A stretch of DNA of 62,649 nucleotides, the filler included, from Globobulimina sp. (taxonomy: Eukaryota), in the NCBI GenBank assembly GCA_003354225.1. It is 34 parts of 34 records of this genome, joined end to end, with 100 filler letters (N's around TTAATTAATTAA, not from the genome) between each part and the next. Parts side by side here need not be neighbours in the genome. Positions count along the whole stretch, not along the records: positions 51,683 to 53,427 come from PIVH01012435.1; positions 53,528 to 55,272 come from PIVH01012436.1; positions 55,373 to 57,117 come from PIVH01012437.1; positions 57,218 to 58,961 come from PIVH01012438.1; positions 59,062 to 60,805 come from PIVH01012439.1; positions 60,906 to 62,649 come from PIVH01012440.1; 28 more parts are not named here. One strand, given 5' to 3'. The notes below the pieces were generated by a model that did not search any database, had not been told where the DNA came from, and saw only the letters and a program-made list of their open reading frames with translations. This document shows, piece after piece, positions 53,124 to 62,649 of this stretch (positions are counted from its first letter, which is position 1; every line of letters begins with the position of its first letter). Both the position numbers and the translations under genes were made by a program.

Positions 53124-53402
53124 GACTGGATGCAAGACTGGATGCAAGATGACTGGATGCAAGAATAATTCCTTTATAAATTTCCGGAAATTTCTTGAAA
53201 TTATTATTATTTTTTAAAGAAATTTCCGGAAAATTCTGAAAATTACAAATATTTTGATTACTCAGCAAAAACGTGGTTCATCTCAAATCACTAGAAAATT
53301 GAAAATATTTACAGAAAATTCCAGAAATTTCTTCAGAATTTTTTTTGTCATTTTTTTTTTTGATGACTAATCAAAATATTGAAAATGGTGATTTGAGATG
53401 AA
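53124..53402. repeat. Short repeat cluster: 3x GACTGGATGCAA and a 15-bp inverted repeat (about 53277-53291 / 53388-53402)
   Basis: ttcatctcaaatcac / gtgatttgagatgaa. Confidence 0.7.
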
Positions 53403-53527
53403 GTAACTTCTCATTTTTTTTTTCATTNNNNNNNNNNNNNNNNNNNNNNNNNNNNNNNNNNNNNNNNNNNNTTAATTAATTAANNNNNNNNNNNNNNNNN
53501 NNNNNNNNNNNNNNNNNNNNNNNNNNN

Positions 53528-54020
53528 AACTAAAGATACAGCCCAGATGATTGAGGGAACTGTAAAAAAAGTGGCTGAGGGATCCCAACTAGTCGCAACA
53601 ACAAGTGAAGCATTTGGGAAGGTCTCTGAAAGCACAGGTAAAGGCGGTGAATTGGTGGCAGAGATTGCCCAGGCATCCAAAGAACAATCCAATGGAATAG
53701 AGCAGGTAAACACCGCCATTTCTGAAATGGATAAAACAGTTCAACAAAATGCAGCCAATGCTGAGGAATCAGCAAGTGCATCAGAAGAGCTCAATGCCCA
53801 GGCAGTGCAAATGAAAGATATGGTTCGCAGTCTTGTCTCACTGGTTGACAAAGACGTACAAGGCAATGGCCAATCACATCACACATATGCCAAAACAATT
53901 GATGCATCTTCCAATCAAGCGGTGGCAACCAATAGTCATAAGCAATTATCCCACACCCGGGAAATTAAGCCGGAACAGGTCATTCCATTTGACGAGGATG
54001 AAAGTTTCAAAGACTTTTAA
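53528..54020 (+). CDS. Bacterial methyl-accepting chemotaxis protein, C-terminal signalling domain, 5' partial
   Basis: EIAQASKEQSNGIEQVNTAISEMDKTVQQNAANAEESASASEEL; tail PEQVIPFDEDESFKDF. Confidence 0.95.
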
Positions 54021-54052
54021 CCCTTTGAGTTAAATTTCGTTAATCACAAACG

Positions 54053-54083
54053 ATCCGGGAGCAATAATATTTTGCTCCTGGAT
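54053..54083 (+). terminator. Stem-loop downstream of the MCP gene
   Basis: atccgggagcaa-taatatt-ttgctcctggat; weak U-tract. Confidence 0.5.
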
Positions 54084-54184
54084 ATTAATAGAGTACTAAA
54101 CAGCGAAGAGATAGTACAGCTTGGAACGACAGATTCAGAATAAACTAATAAACCATAAATAAAATAACATATTGGAGGGAAGAC

Positions 54185-55272
54185 GTGAAAAATTTGAAAC
54201 TTTGGTTGAAAATGACAATTGGGTTTGGTGTGGTGATCGTCTTGATGGTAATCGGAGGATTTGTATCGTATAATACAGCCACAAAACTTTCAACGTTGAC
54301 GGAAAAACTATATCTTCATCCCCTTGCTGTCTCGACAAATATTCGTGATATTCAAACCGAACTTGTGGCCATTCATCGCTCCATGAAAGATGTGGCCATG
54401 TCAAAATCTTTGGAGCAGCTTGAAGCAAACCGGGCTAAAGTTGATACAAATGCCCAGGAAGCATTGAAACACTTTGCCATTTTAAATGAACGATTTTTAG
54501 GGGATAAAAAAGACATTCAAACAGCTGAAAAATTGTTTGAAGATTGGGCACCCATCAGGGATAAGGTGATTGCCCAGCGTAAGATACAGCTTGAAAATAA
54601 TGCCAATGAAATTACCCGGACAGAAGGGGCACCTCATGTGGCCAAGATCATGAAATCTTTAAATGGGTTAACAGATTTTGCTTTTGGTAAAGCCAAAGAA
54701 TTCAATGAGAATGCCCAAAGCAAAGGATCCGGGGCAAATGCTGCGGATTTGGTGGGGAAATTTTATAAACATCCGTTTGCTGTTGCCACAACCGTGGTTG
54801 AAATTAAAGCAGATACCATGACCATATTAAAGGATATGAAAGATCTATCAGTCGCACCAACAGCTGAAGCGGTCAATAATATGGTTAAGCATATTGGTGA
54901 GCAGGCTGCAGAGACGCAATCAAATTTTGCATTTTTGGAAGAGCGGTTTTTAGGGGATAAAACAAAGATTCATGAGGCAGAAAAACTCTTTGTTGACTGG
55001 AAAGTTATTCGGGATAAAGTAATTAAAATGAGGTTGGCCCAGGTGACAGCAAATCCGGGAGAGATTACCATAAAAGAAGGGGCGCCTCATCTGGCTAAAC
55101 TGGTTGGTGTATTAACCAAGATTCAGGATTTCGCAGATAAAAAAGCAGATGAATTTAATATTAATGCTAAAAACCAGGCGGCTTCTTCCAATAGATTACT
55201 CATTGGTCTGTTTTTATTTGCGGCTATTTTGGGAATTATAATGGCAGTTGTTGTTAGTCGTATTAGTTGGTA
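54185..55272 (+). CDS. Bacterial chemoreceptor N-terminus with duplicated four-helix-bundle sensor domains, 3' partial
   Basis: GGAGGG ribosome-binding site before GTG; MKNLKL..K+.IGF + TM1; two ~140-aa repeats (Y.HP.AV..MKD..ERFLGDK..EKLF.DW..IRDKVI..EGAPH); TM2. Confidence 0.9.
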
Positions 55273-55393
55273 NNNNNNNNNNNNNNNNNNNNNNNNNNNN
55301 NNNNNNNNNNNNNNNNTTAATTAATTAANNNNNNNNNNNNNNNNNNNNNNNNNNNNNNNNNNNNNNNNNNNNTGATGAGTCAGTAAAAAAAGC

Positions 55394-56323
55394 ATGTGGC
55401 ATATCCAAAAGCGTCATGCGAGTGCCTCGCATACAATACCACCCGCACCCCATCCATTTCTGGCGCGCCCAGAAGATTTACCAGCAATCCATCCGTCCAA
55501 TATAGGACGTACGGGCTATGGTGAGATACGCGGTGAGTTACGAAATATAATGGGCGGTCCAACCGAAGAATTAGATACATTCCCGGAAGATATGGGCAAA
55601 TTAGAGCGAGGAATGTGGTATCCGTACTCTTTACGCGGCATGAAAGGAGCCGACGGCAAATGGGATTATCCCCCATTTATCACCACATCGGCGGAACAAA
55701 ATCGACGGGTTTGGACTGAAATGCAATTCGAACAGTTAATGGACCATCATCCACCACATGAAGTTCATGCAAGGTATCAATAATTATATATACAATACAC
55801 ATGTTCGAATTTGCGTATCCCATACAATCACAGTCAACTCCCCGATTATCATTATTTCCCTCAAATCTCCAACGAATTAGACCATAAATTAAGTAGCGAG
55901 AATAGTGTCTCCATCGTAGCGCAGAGTTACAATGCGGATAAGACGGATATCCCTCGCTTTTTCAAGACAGGCGTCCCGAAATTGCCACTGCATGAACAAG
56001 ATTGGTATATACCGCGTTCACCCGACGGCAGATTCGATTGGAAGAGGAATAACAAAGAAAACGGATATACGGCATCTTTGTTTGACATAAAGGGCTGGGA
56101 TCGCCGATTTTTGTTGAAATTGAATGTGCCAACGCCGCCAATGCATACTGTCGGGTGGAGGCAATGGGGACAAATGCCTACTTATTTTAGAGTGGCTGAG
56201 GCGCCGTTACCTAAGCGGCTATCGAGGCAATTTTATGCGTCGCAATTTGATAAACATGTCATTTTTATGGCGGTGTATTTTGGTGCATTGATAATGATCT
56301 CTGGCAATGGGGGACATTGTTAA
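55394..56323 (+). CDS. Hypothetical protein, possibly mitochondrial; intron 55774-55833
   Basis: The two ORFs splice in frame (EVHAS|QLPD); KRHAS presequence-like start; C-terminal TM. Confidence 0.7.
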
Positions 56324-56744
56324 GTAAAAAAGTAAAAATGAATACGCAAATTCGCAACTCAAATGTGTATTGTTTGTGTGTTGTTGTTGTTGTAAACAGG
56401 GAGGCAAATGGTTTGGCAAAATGATCCATTCAATTATGACATATGTTTTGTATCGGAGAATAGAAGAAAGGGAGGATTCCATGGTATTATTTGAGGAGTT
56501 TTATTTTTTTCAATAGATTTTGCATTTATGATAGATTCAATCAAATTTTATATAGGAATAAGTTGTGAATAGTGACAAATGATATTCTCCACTTGACTTT
56601 TCATTCAATGTTCTGCAATCATTGTCCATAGAATTTTCATTATTGAAAGTTGTTGTTGACATATTTCCAATATGTTAATTCCTTGAATCCAGTTCAGTTG
56701 CTGCAATAACTCAATAAAGATAAGCTAAGCTAGTAATAGATCTA

Positions 56745-57117
56745 ATGTCGTCATCTTCTGCATTAATTGTGTTTGTTGTCTGCACTCCTCTCTTAATACT
56801 GGATGTAGCAATATTTGGTAGAGTATTGTACAAAATATATATTGTTGGTAATGCAGAAACACGCAAAATATCAGTTATGCAACAAATTTTACATGTTATT
56901 TGTTTCACGTCAATTGTATCCACATCATTGGTGGATGTATCGCATGCATTAATAGCTATGCTTACAAATAATGAGTTAGATCCACGTGTACTGCTCACCA
57001 AAATACTTTTAATGTCTGCCGATGCATTGTATTTCGTCAGCTCTTTATCGTTGTATATTTTGTTAGTCCATCGACTGACGTCAACATTTAACGATACAAT
57101 TTGGCCACCATCAAAAT
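56745..57117 (+). CDS. Multi-pass membrane (GPCR-like) protein, 3' partial
   Basis: Three hydrophobic helices ending LLVHRL..TF. Confidence 0.6.
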
Positions 57118-57217
57118 NNNNNNNNNNNNNNNNNNNNNNNNNNNNNNNNNNNNNNNNNNNNTTAATTAATTAANNNNNNNNNNNNNNNNNNNNNNNNNNN
57201 NNNNNNNNNNNNNNNNN

Positions 57218-57388
57218 ATTACAAATTTCTTCATGCATCGAATAGATTTTTTCATCTTGATTCGCGAGCTCCAATCGTAAATCTACATTCTTGACTTGTA
57301 ATTTCGCGTAATCCACCAATGATTTCTGCTCTTCTTTCTGTTCGACACCTTCTGCTGCGTCTGGTGACTGCTTTTTTTCGCCGGACAT
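57218..57388 (-). CDS. Protein N-terminus, 3' partial
   Basis: ATG after an A-rich leader; open to the contig edge. Confidence 0.5.
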
Positions 57389-57648
57389 TTTTTAAGGAGA
57401 TGAAAGTTTGAGGGAAAGAGTTTTTTAGTTTTATTTTTTAGTTTTTTTACAAAAAGCACACAAAACACAAATATAAATATTACAATGATATTAATACAAC
57501 AAGCACTTATTACACATTTTTTTTTTTCCCATGAAACCAATCAAAAATCCGAAAACATATATTAGTTTCTATGATTATGACGATTATAAATTCACTGTAT
57601 GGTCATTGTTTGCAATAAAACTACGTATTCAATTTGTTTCACTTTCTT

Positions 57649-57756
57649 GACAATAAACGTGTTTGCGAAAACACAGTTTTTGGCCTTGGGGGCTCCACCC
57701 CCCACCCCCGAGCCCCCTCGGCCAAAAACTGTGTTTTCGCAAACACGTTTCTTGTC
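57649..57756. repeat. Long hairpin / MITE-like element
   Basis: Perfect 31-bp arms at 57655-57685 and 57720-57750; inner GGGGGCTC/GAGCCCCC stem; C-rich loop. Confidence 0.9.
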
Positions 57757-57908
57757 TCGAAAAAACAAATTGAATAATATACTATTATCAAACGTTTTAA
57801 AGCAACATCATTGAATCAAAGAACATTATAATCTCTTATATGAAGATTATGTTAACATGCATTCTACGCAGAGGAACTTTGACATTCCGCGCAGCTGCAC
57901 ATTTATCA

Positions 57909-58925
57909 TTAAGATTCATGATATTGCAATGCTTGCATTTTTTCCATACTTTTTTCAACCATTTCTTTGTCAGATTTGTTTTGTACAACAAGTGCTTTTA
58001 AAAAGCCATAATAAGTCGATAATCGATACCATTCAGAATGATCACCATCTCTCCTATCTGGATGAGCGTACAACGCCCTTTGTTTGAATATTTTCTTTAA
58101 TCTCTCCTCATTAAATATTTTCTCATTTCCTATATCCTTTGGTTGGAAATTAAAATATAACAATGCTTCTTGTAACAGTTTCTCTTTTTGTTTTTCCTCC
58201 GATTTATTTTCACTAAAAACTTCATCATATACAACCTCGGCGCCTTTACCCATCAAATAACCAAAAAATATTCCACACAAAATACCAACACCGGCACCAA
58301 CCACTGTGCCTACTCCGGGCGATATTGTAGTTCCTAAACTGACCCCCACTTTGCACCCCAAAAGAGCACCACATTGGCCACCAACAGCTGTACCCAACAT
58401 TGAAGCAGTATTTCTCACCAACGATCTGCCTAATAAACGGCACCACTCTTTGCCTGATATCTGCCCGGAATTCCAACGATATGCATGTATGCCCATCTCA
58501 ATTGTTGTTGCTATCGCAATTCCAATGGCGCCTGCTATTAAGGCTTTATTTATTGATACTGTTCCATTCATTGCATCCTTTGCTTGCTGTAATTTTTCGG
58601 ACTGATCAGTGGTAGCTGCAATATACTTGTTACGTAATAGTGTCTTCTCTGGGTTTTCCAGCCAAGTACCAATAAAACTCCATATACTATCTGGTGCTTC
58701 TTTGTATTCTATTAATGCTTTAGATGCAAGTTTCACTGCGCTCTGTGCAGCTTTATGAGCTCGCACTGCTTTTTGTGCTGATTCCAAAAAAGACTGTAAT
58801 TCAAAAAACAACTGGATCGACATTGCGCCGTTACTTCCAACCAATACCACTGGTTTTTCAATGTATGCTCTGATTTGATTATATCTTTTAACACCAATTA
58901 ATGCCGTTAATTGCTTATGAGCCAT
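57909..58925 (-). CDS. Glycine-zipper membrane protein with C-terminal J-domain
   Basis: Repeated GxxxG segment; LKKIFKQRALYAHPDR (HPD motif). Confidence 0.8.
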   Translation of the reverse strand: MAHKQLTALIGVKRYNQIRAYIEKPVVLVGSNGAMSIQLFFELQSFLESAQKAVRAHKAAQSAVKLASKALIEYKEAPDSIWSFIGTWLENPEKTLLRNKYIAATTDQSEKLQQAKDAMNGTVSINKALIAGAIGIAIATTIEMGIHAYRWNSGQISGKEWCRLLGRSLVRNTASMLGTAVGGQCGALLGCKVGVSLGTTISPGVGTVVGAGVGILCGIFFGYLMGKGAEVVYDEVFSENKSEEKQKEKLLQEALLYFNFQPKDIGNEKIFNEERLKKIFKQRALYAHPDRRDGDHSEWYRLSTYYGFLKALVVQNKSDKEMVEKSMEKMQALQYHES

Positions 58926-59411
58926 CTAGTTTAGTTTAGTTATGTGGTGATTATTGTAGTTNNNNNNNNNNNNNNNNNNNNNNNNNNNNNNNNNNNNNNN
59001 NNNNNTTAATTAATTAANNNNNNNNNNNNNNNNNNNNNNNNNNNNNNNNNNNNNNNNNNNNAAAATTACAAATCTCGTTTGAATTCTCTTTAGGACTTGG
59101 AGAGTGGGAGATGTTTGAAAGCTGAAATGAACCGAGCTACACTGAACTGAACTGAACGACTGAAAAAATTAAATTAAATGTAAGTGCGAATGTCCGGCAG
59201 ACAAGAACCATAATGCTAATCCCATCGATGACACAGCTGCAATCTCAACTCCTCGATTTTATGAATAGGTCTCCAATGTTGTTTGTGATATAGACATTGT
59301 TCAGGATGTCTTTGATTGATGCAATGCATTTTACAGCAGCAATTCCAGCAATATTTACTTATTTTCTCAGTGCAACATTTTCCTTTGTTATTTCTTATCT
59401 GTTTATGTTTT

Positions 59412-60380
59412 TTAAGCATGCCCTGACAACCCACGAGTTTTGACTAATTTAGTCACGCATTTCTCCGAAGTTATAACCATGTTTTTATTTTGAACTGTTT
59501 GTAAATATCCATACTCACCATTTGAATCACGGACAATTACACCGTAATCTGTCAGCAGAATATGTGTCAATGCAATATTTGCGGTTTTTATTTTCGATTT
59601 CGAACCAAAAATAGTCGATTTCTCAATACACAGTTTCTCAAATATTAATCTATCGCTTTGATCTGTATTATTTTTAAAATGGTGACAAGATTTCTGTAAT
59701 ATGCCATGTATTATCCATTGGATATGCATAGCTTTGTTAATGCTCTCTTCCTCCATTCCACGTTTATTTCGTTTATAGACTGATATCGGAAATATTCGAA
59801 TGGTTTCACCATTTTGTAAACAAATAGATGTGATATGTTTCGTTAAATGAATCCGTTTGATTATACTTGGCGAACTTAAACGGATCCATTTCAATTTATT
59901 TTTCTCTAAATATAATATAAATTGTTTTGTTGCATCGAATGCGATGTAATGATCTTTGAAATTGTATGTAAAATCAAATATTTTTGTTGGAATCGAAATC
60001 AGTTCTAATTCGTTTCTAAAATATGAAAGCAAACGTTCCTGAATCGCAGTGATTATGTGACTTCTCACCATATTATGCAAATAAGTCACATTTGCATTGT
60101 CCGTTTTGCACATACATTCAAAATAAAATTCTAAAAATGAATTGGTATGCTCTCCAATAATAAAGTTTTTGCTCAACTTTGAATGTATGCATCGATTTAA
60201 TAATACCGGGTTCTTTGGTGTATGCCAAGGTAATGTTAACGGAAGTTGCTGCACATCAGAAGTTGTTGAATGAAGTGGTATTGAGCTAGAGCGTTTTGAC
60301 AGAGTGTGTGATCGAGTTGCAATTGTTGATGTCGATAACCATCCATTTTCACTCTTATAACTAGAGTTTGTATCACTCAT
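59412..60380 (-). CDS. Hypothetical protein
   Basis: 322-aa ORF with S/T-rich N-terminus; no confident family. Confidence 0.65.
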   Translation of the reverse strand: MSDTNSSYKSENGWLSTSTIATRSHTLSKRSSSIPLHSTTSDVQQLPLTLPWHTPKNPVLLNRCIHSKLSKNFIIGEHTNSFLEFYFECMCKTDNANVTYLHNMVRSHIITAIQERLLSYFRNELELISIPTKIFDFTYNFKDHYIAFDATKQFILYLEKNKLKWIRLSSPSIIKRIHLTKHITSICLQNGETIRIFPISVYKRNKRGMEEESINKAMHIQWIIHGILQKSCHHFKNNTDQSDRLIFEKLCIEKSTIFGSKSKIKTANIALTHILLTDYGVIVRDSNGEYGYLQTVQNKNMVITSEKCVTKLVKTRGLSGHA

Positions 60381-60608
60381 TTAATAGTATTACTTTTTTT
60401 AAAAATAGAAACAGGCATAAATATGTTCTAAAAATATAAATGTGTTCTAAAAATAATAGTATAATATTTATGGAACAACTTGAAATATCTCCTCGATTTT
60501 ATTTCAATATGTACACAATAATACGGATTGAGATCAAATGCATGCTGGTTGAGTCGAAAAGATGTTAACAATGTGATTAATCTGTTTTTGAAATTTTGAA
60601 TTAAGTCA

Positions 60609-60805
60609 ATGTCAAGACCAACAATACGAGTGGCAGCAATTCAAATCGCGCCAATTTTCTTAGACGCAGCTAAAACGTGGTTGAAATTATCAGCACAAAT
60701 AACTGAAGCGTTACGAAGCAATGCAAAATTTATAACATTTGGAGAAACGCTAATTCCAGGATATCCTTCATGGCTCTCTGTATCAAATGGTGCTAAATTT
60801 AATGA
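60609..60805 (+). CDS. Nitrilase (carbon-nitrogen hydrolase) N-terminus, 3' partial
   Basis: RVAAIQIAPIFLD..T..K; FGETLIPGYPSW with the catalytic Glu. Confidence 0.88.
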
Positions 60806-60905
60806 NNNNNNNNNNNNNNNNNNNNNNNNNNNNNNNNNNNNNNNNNNNNTTAATTAATTAANNNNNNNNNNNNNNNNNNNNNNNNNNNNNNNNNNNNNNN
60901 NNNNN

Positions 60906-61844
60906 CTTCTCAGGATCACATTCTAAAAATTGCATCACCGTTTTCCAAGGCATTGTATCATTCCATAAATTCATAATCAATAAATCCTTCCGCTTGAAAT
61001 ATTTCATAATTTTTTCATTATGCAACTCATATCTCCGCGCACTTAACATAGCAAACTCCCGCACACTCACTTTATAAGCAGTCAGTTCGTCCAATGAGCC
61101 CAGTGTTTTATTCATCCATTCTTTCTTTTTATACCTATGCCTTAGCTCCATTTTAATGTCACTATTCACCAAATCATAAGTACTGTTCCGCAGTGTCAGT
61201 ATAAACTTACTGTTTGGATACAACTGATCGAATATACTGTACATAAATAACCAGGGCGAATCCCCAAAATTATAGGATTCGTCGCTCATTGATAGCAAGT
61301 GTTGGTACAGTTTCTCGTTCCAAAACAGCCATGAAATGTCATCAGCAGCCACAAAATTGGGATAGTTGAAGTTTGCATAGTAATCCCACAGTGCCTGGTA
61401 CATCCAACTGCATGTATTCCGGTTTAAGCCTGGCATCGGCTTCCAATGAGTCAGATATCCCAACTGAGATAATGCTTGACGCAGCGTAGAGGTTCCTGTT
61501 TTCATCATACCTATCACAAAGACTTTGCCTTTGTATGCACAGTGTTTTGCTTTTGTATTACTTGGGTGGATATGCTGCGTGCCACGAGATTTGAATATGG
61601 GTATATGTGGGTATGGGTTGTATTTTATATTTGTGTCGTGATCATGAGGAATTTCATCCTTTGTCAATGGTTTGTTGGTATGTGATGTCGACAGTTGATT
61701 ATGTAATATGGATGAGATGGATGGAGAAGTTGACTGCATTTCAAATGATATGTTCATACATAATTGGTATAAGACCCATATTATGATTATTATTGCTAAT
61801 TGATGTGTAAATCTCTTCGGACAATAATCCAGCAAGTTTGGCAT
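60906..61844 (-). CDS. Sulfotransferase-family type II membrane protein, 3' partial
   Basis: KVFVIGMMKTGTSTL..AL..LGY, DSPW, YPNSKFILTLR. Confidence 0.85.
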
Positions 61845-61899
61845 TTTTAAAACGTTTTTTTTTTAGCAGAAAAAACATTAAAGTAAAACTTTTTGCAAG

Positions 61900-62588
61900 A
61901 TGGTATTTGCTTTCCCGCCGATCCTTCAACGCTTTCTTCGCAGTAAAACATGGTGGAATGTGATTAAAAAAGATCCAGGAGATTTAGGTAGATTTTTAAC
62001 ACATAAACATCCATTAATTGGAATTGGTGTTGGAGTCTGGGGCTATTATCATTTTTGGGCAAATCCATTGAAAAAAGCGGAAGAGGATCGATTTAAACGA
62101 TTCAGAGATAATTGGAGAGCTGAAGTGCATTATCAAGAAGCAATAGATTGGGAAAGTAAAAAAGTTAAAAATAAAATATATCCCATACATGCTCGCAAAA
62201 TCGCAACATATATAACAAACATACGCAGTCTCGAGATGAGATGAGGACATTTATTGAGAGCCAAAAAGAAAAACATGGATCGATTGACCAAGCCATAGTA
62301 GCATATGAACGCAGAACTGGAGAAAAAGGTATATTCAATGCATATAATCTGCGATTTTGCGGTTATGGGTTGTTAATAATATATAATTAATACATAGCAC
62401 CACCATTTGTACTAAATGATGCTGTCTATGATTATACATTTAAAAGGATAGGAATACCAATCAAAGGTGATGAGGAACCACACTTTTTATGGGATGGAAC
62501 ATCGTATTTGAAGGAGAGTGAGAAACCACAGACATTTGCCGATGGTAAGATTAAATTACCCGAATCGCCCTCTCTTTATGTCGAATAG
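61900..62588 (+). CDS. Single-TM hypothetical protein, three exons (introns 62164-62228 and 62329-62397)
   Basis: Splicing gives a continuous ORF ESKK|SRDEMR..GEK|APPFV..SLYVE*. Confidence 0.75.
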
Positions 62589-62649
62589 AAACAGTTACAA
62601 TGTCACTGGCAATGTTCAATATCAATGAACTGACTATTGCTTTAGTCAT

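Overview
This window is not a contiguous locus. It is a pseudo-scaffold of 34 short contigs, sorted by length from 1747 down to 1744 bp and joined by 33 artificial 100-bp linkers (N44-TTAATTAATTAA-N44, stops in all six frames). Adjacency across linkers means nothing and most genes are partial. Most contigs are AT-rich eukaryotic DNA with short GT-AG introns (about 50-100 nt, often GTT donors). The gene families suggest a foraminiferan/rhizarian protist (inference): expanded ART-associated proteins, F-box-like proteins, a recurring GY[IV]R..IP motif, and ciliary OFD1- and CFAP97-like genes. Recognisable products include GT8 and GT25 glycosyltransferases, PFKFB, a TH1-AGC kinase, a divergent ARF, Mog1, an SDR, a PAQR, a CTL transporter, a sulfotransferase, a nitrilase, a J-domain protein, tRNA-Thr(CGT), an RLE-type non-LTR retrotransposon and a probable CACTA-like transposase. 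One contig is bacterial (two deltaproteobacterial-type MCP genes). One 630-bp segment appears to use the ciliate code (TAA/TAG=Gln), and several contigs look chimeric. The best candidates for an undescribed system are (i) an expanded family of Cys/His-domain ADP-ribosyltransferases with swappable N-termini and (ii) a mobile GY[IV]R motif grafted onto unrelated domains. All family calls are from motif recognition by eye; no searches were run.
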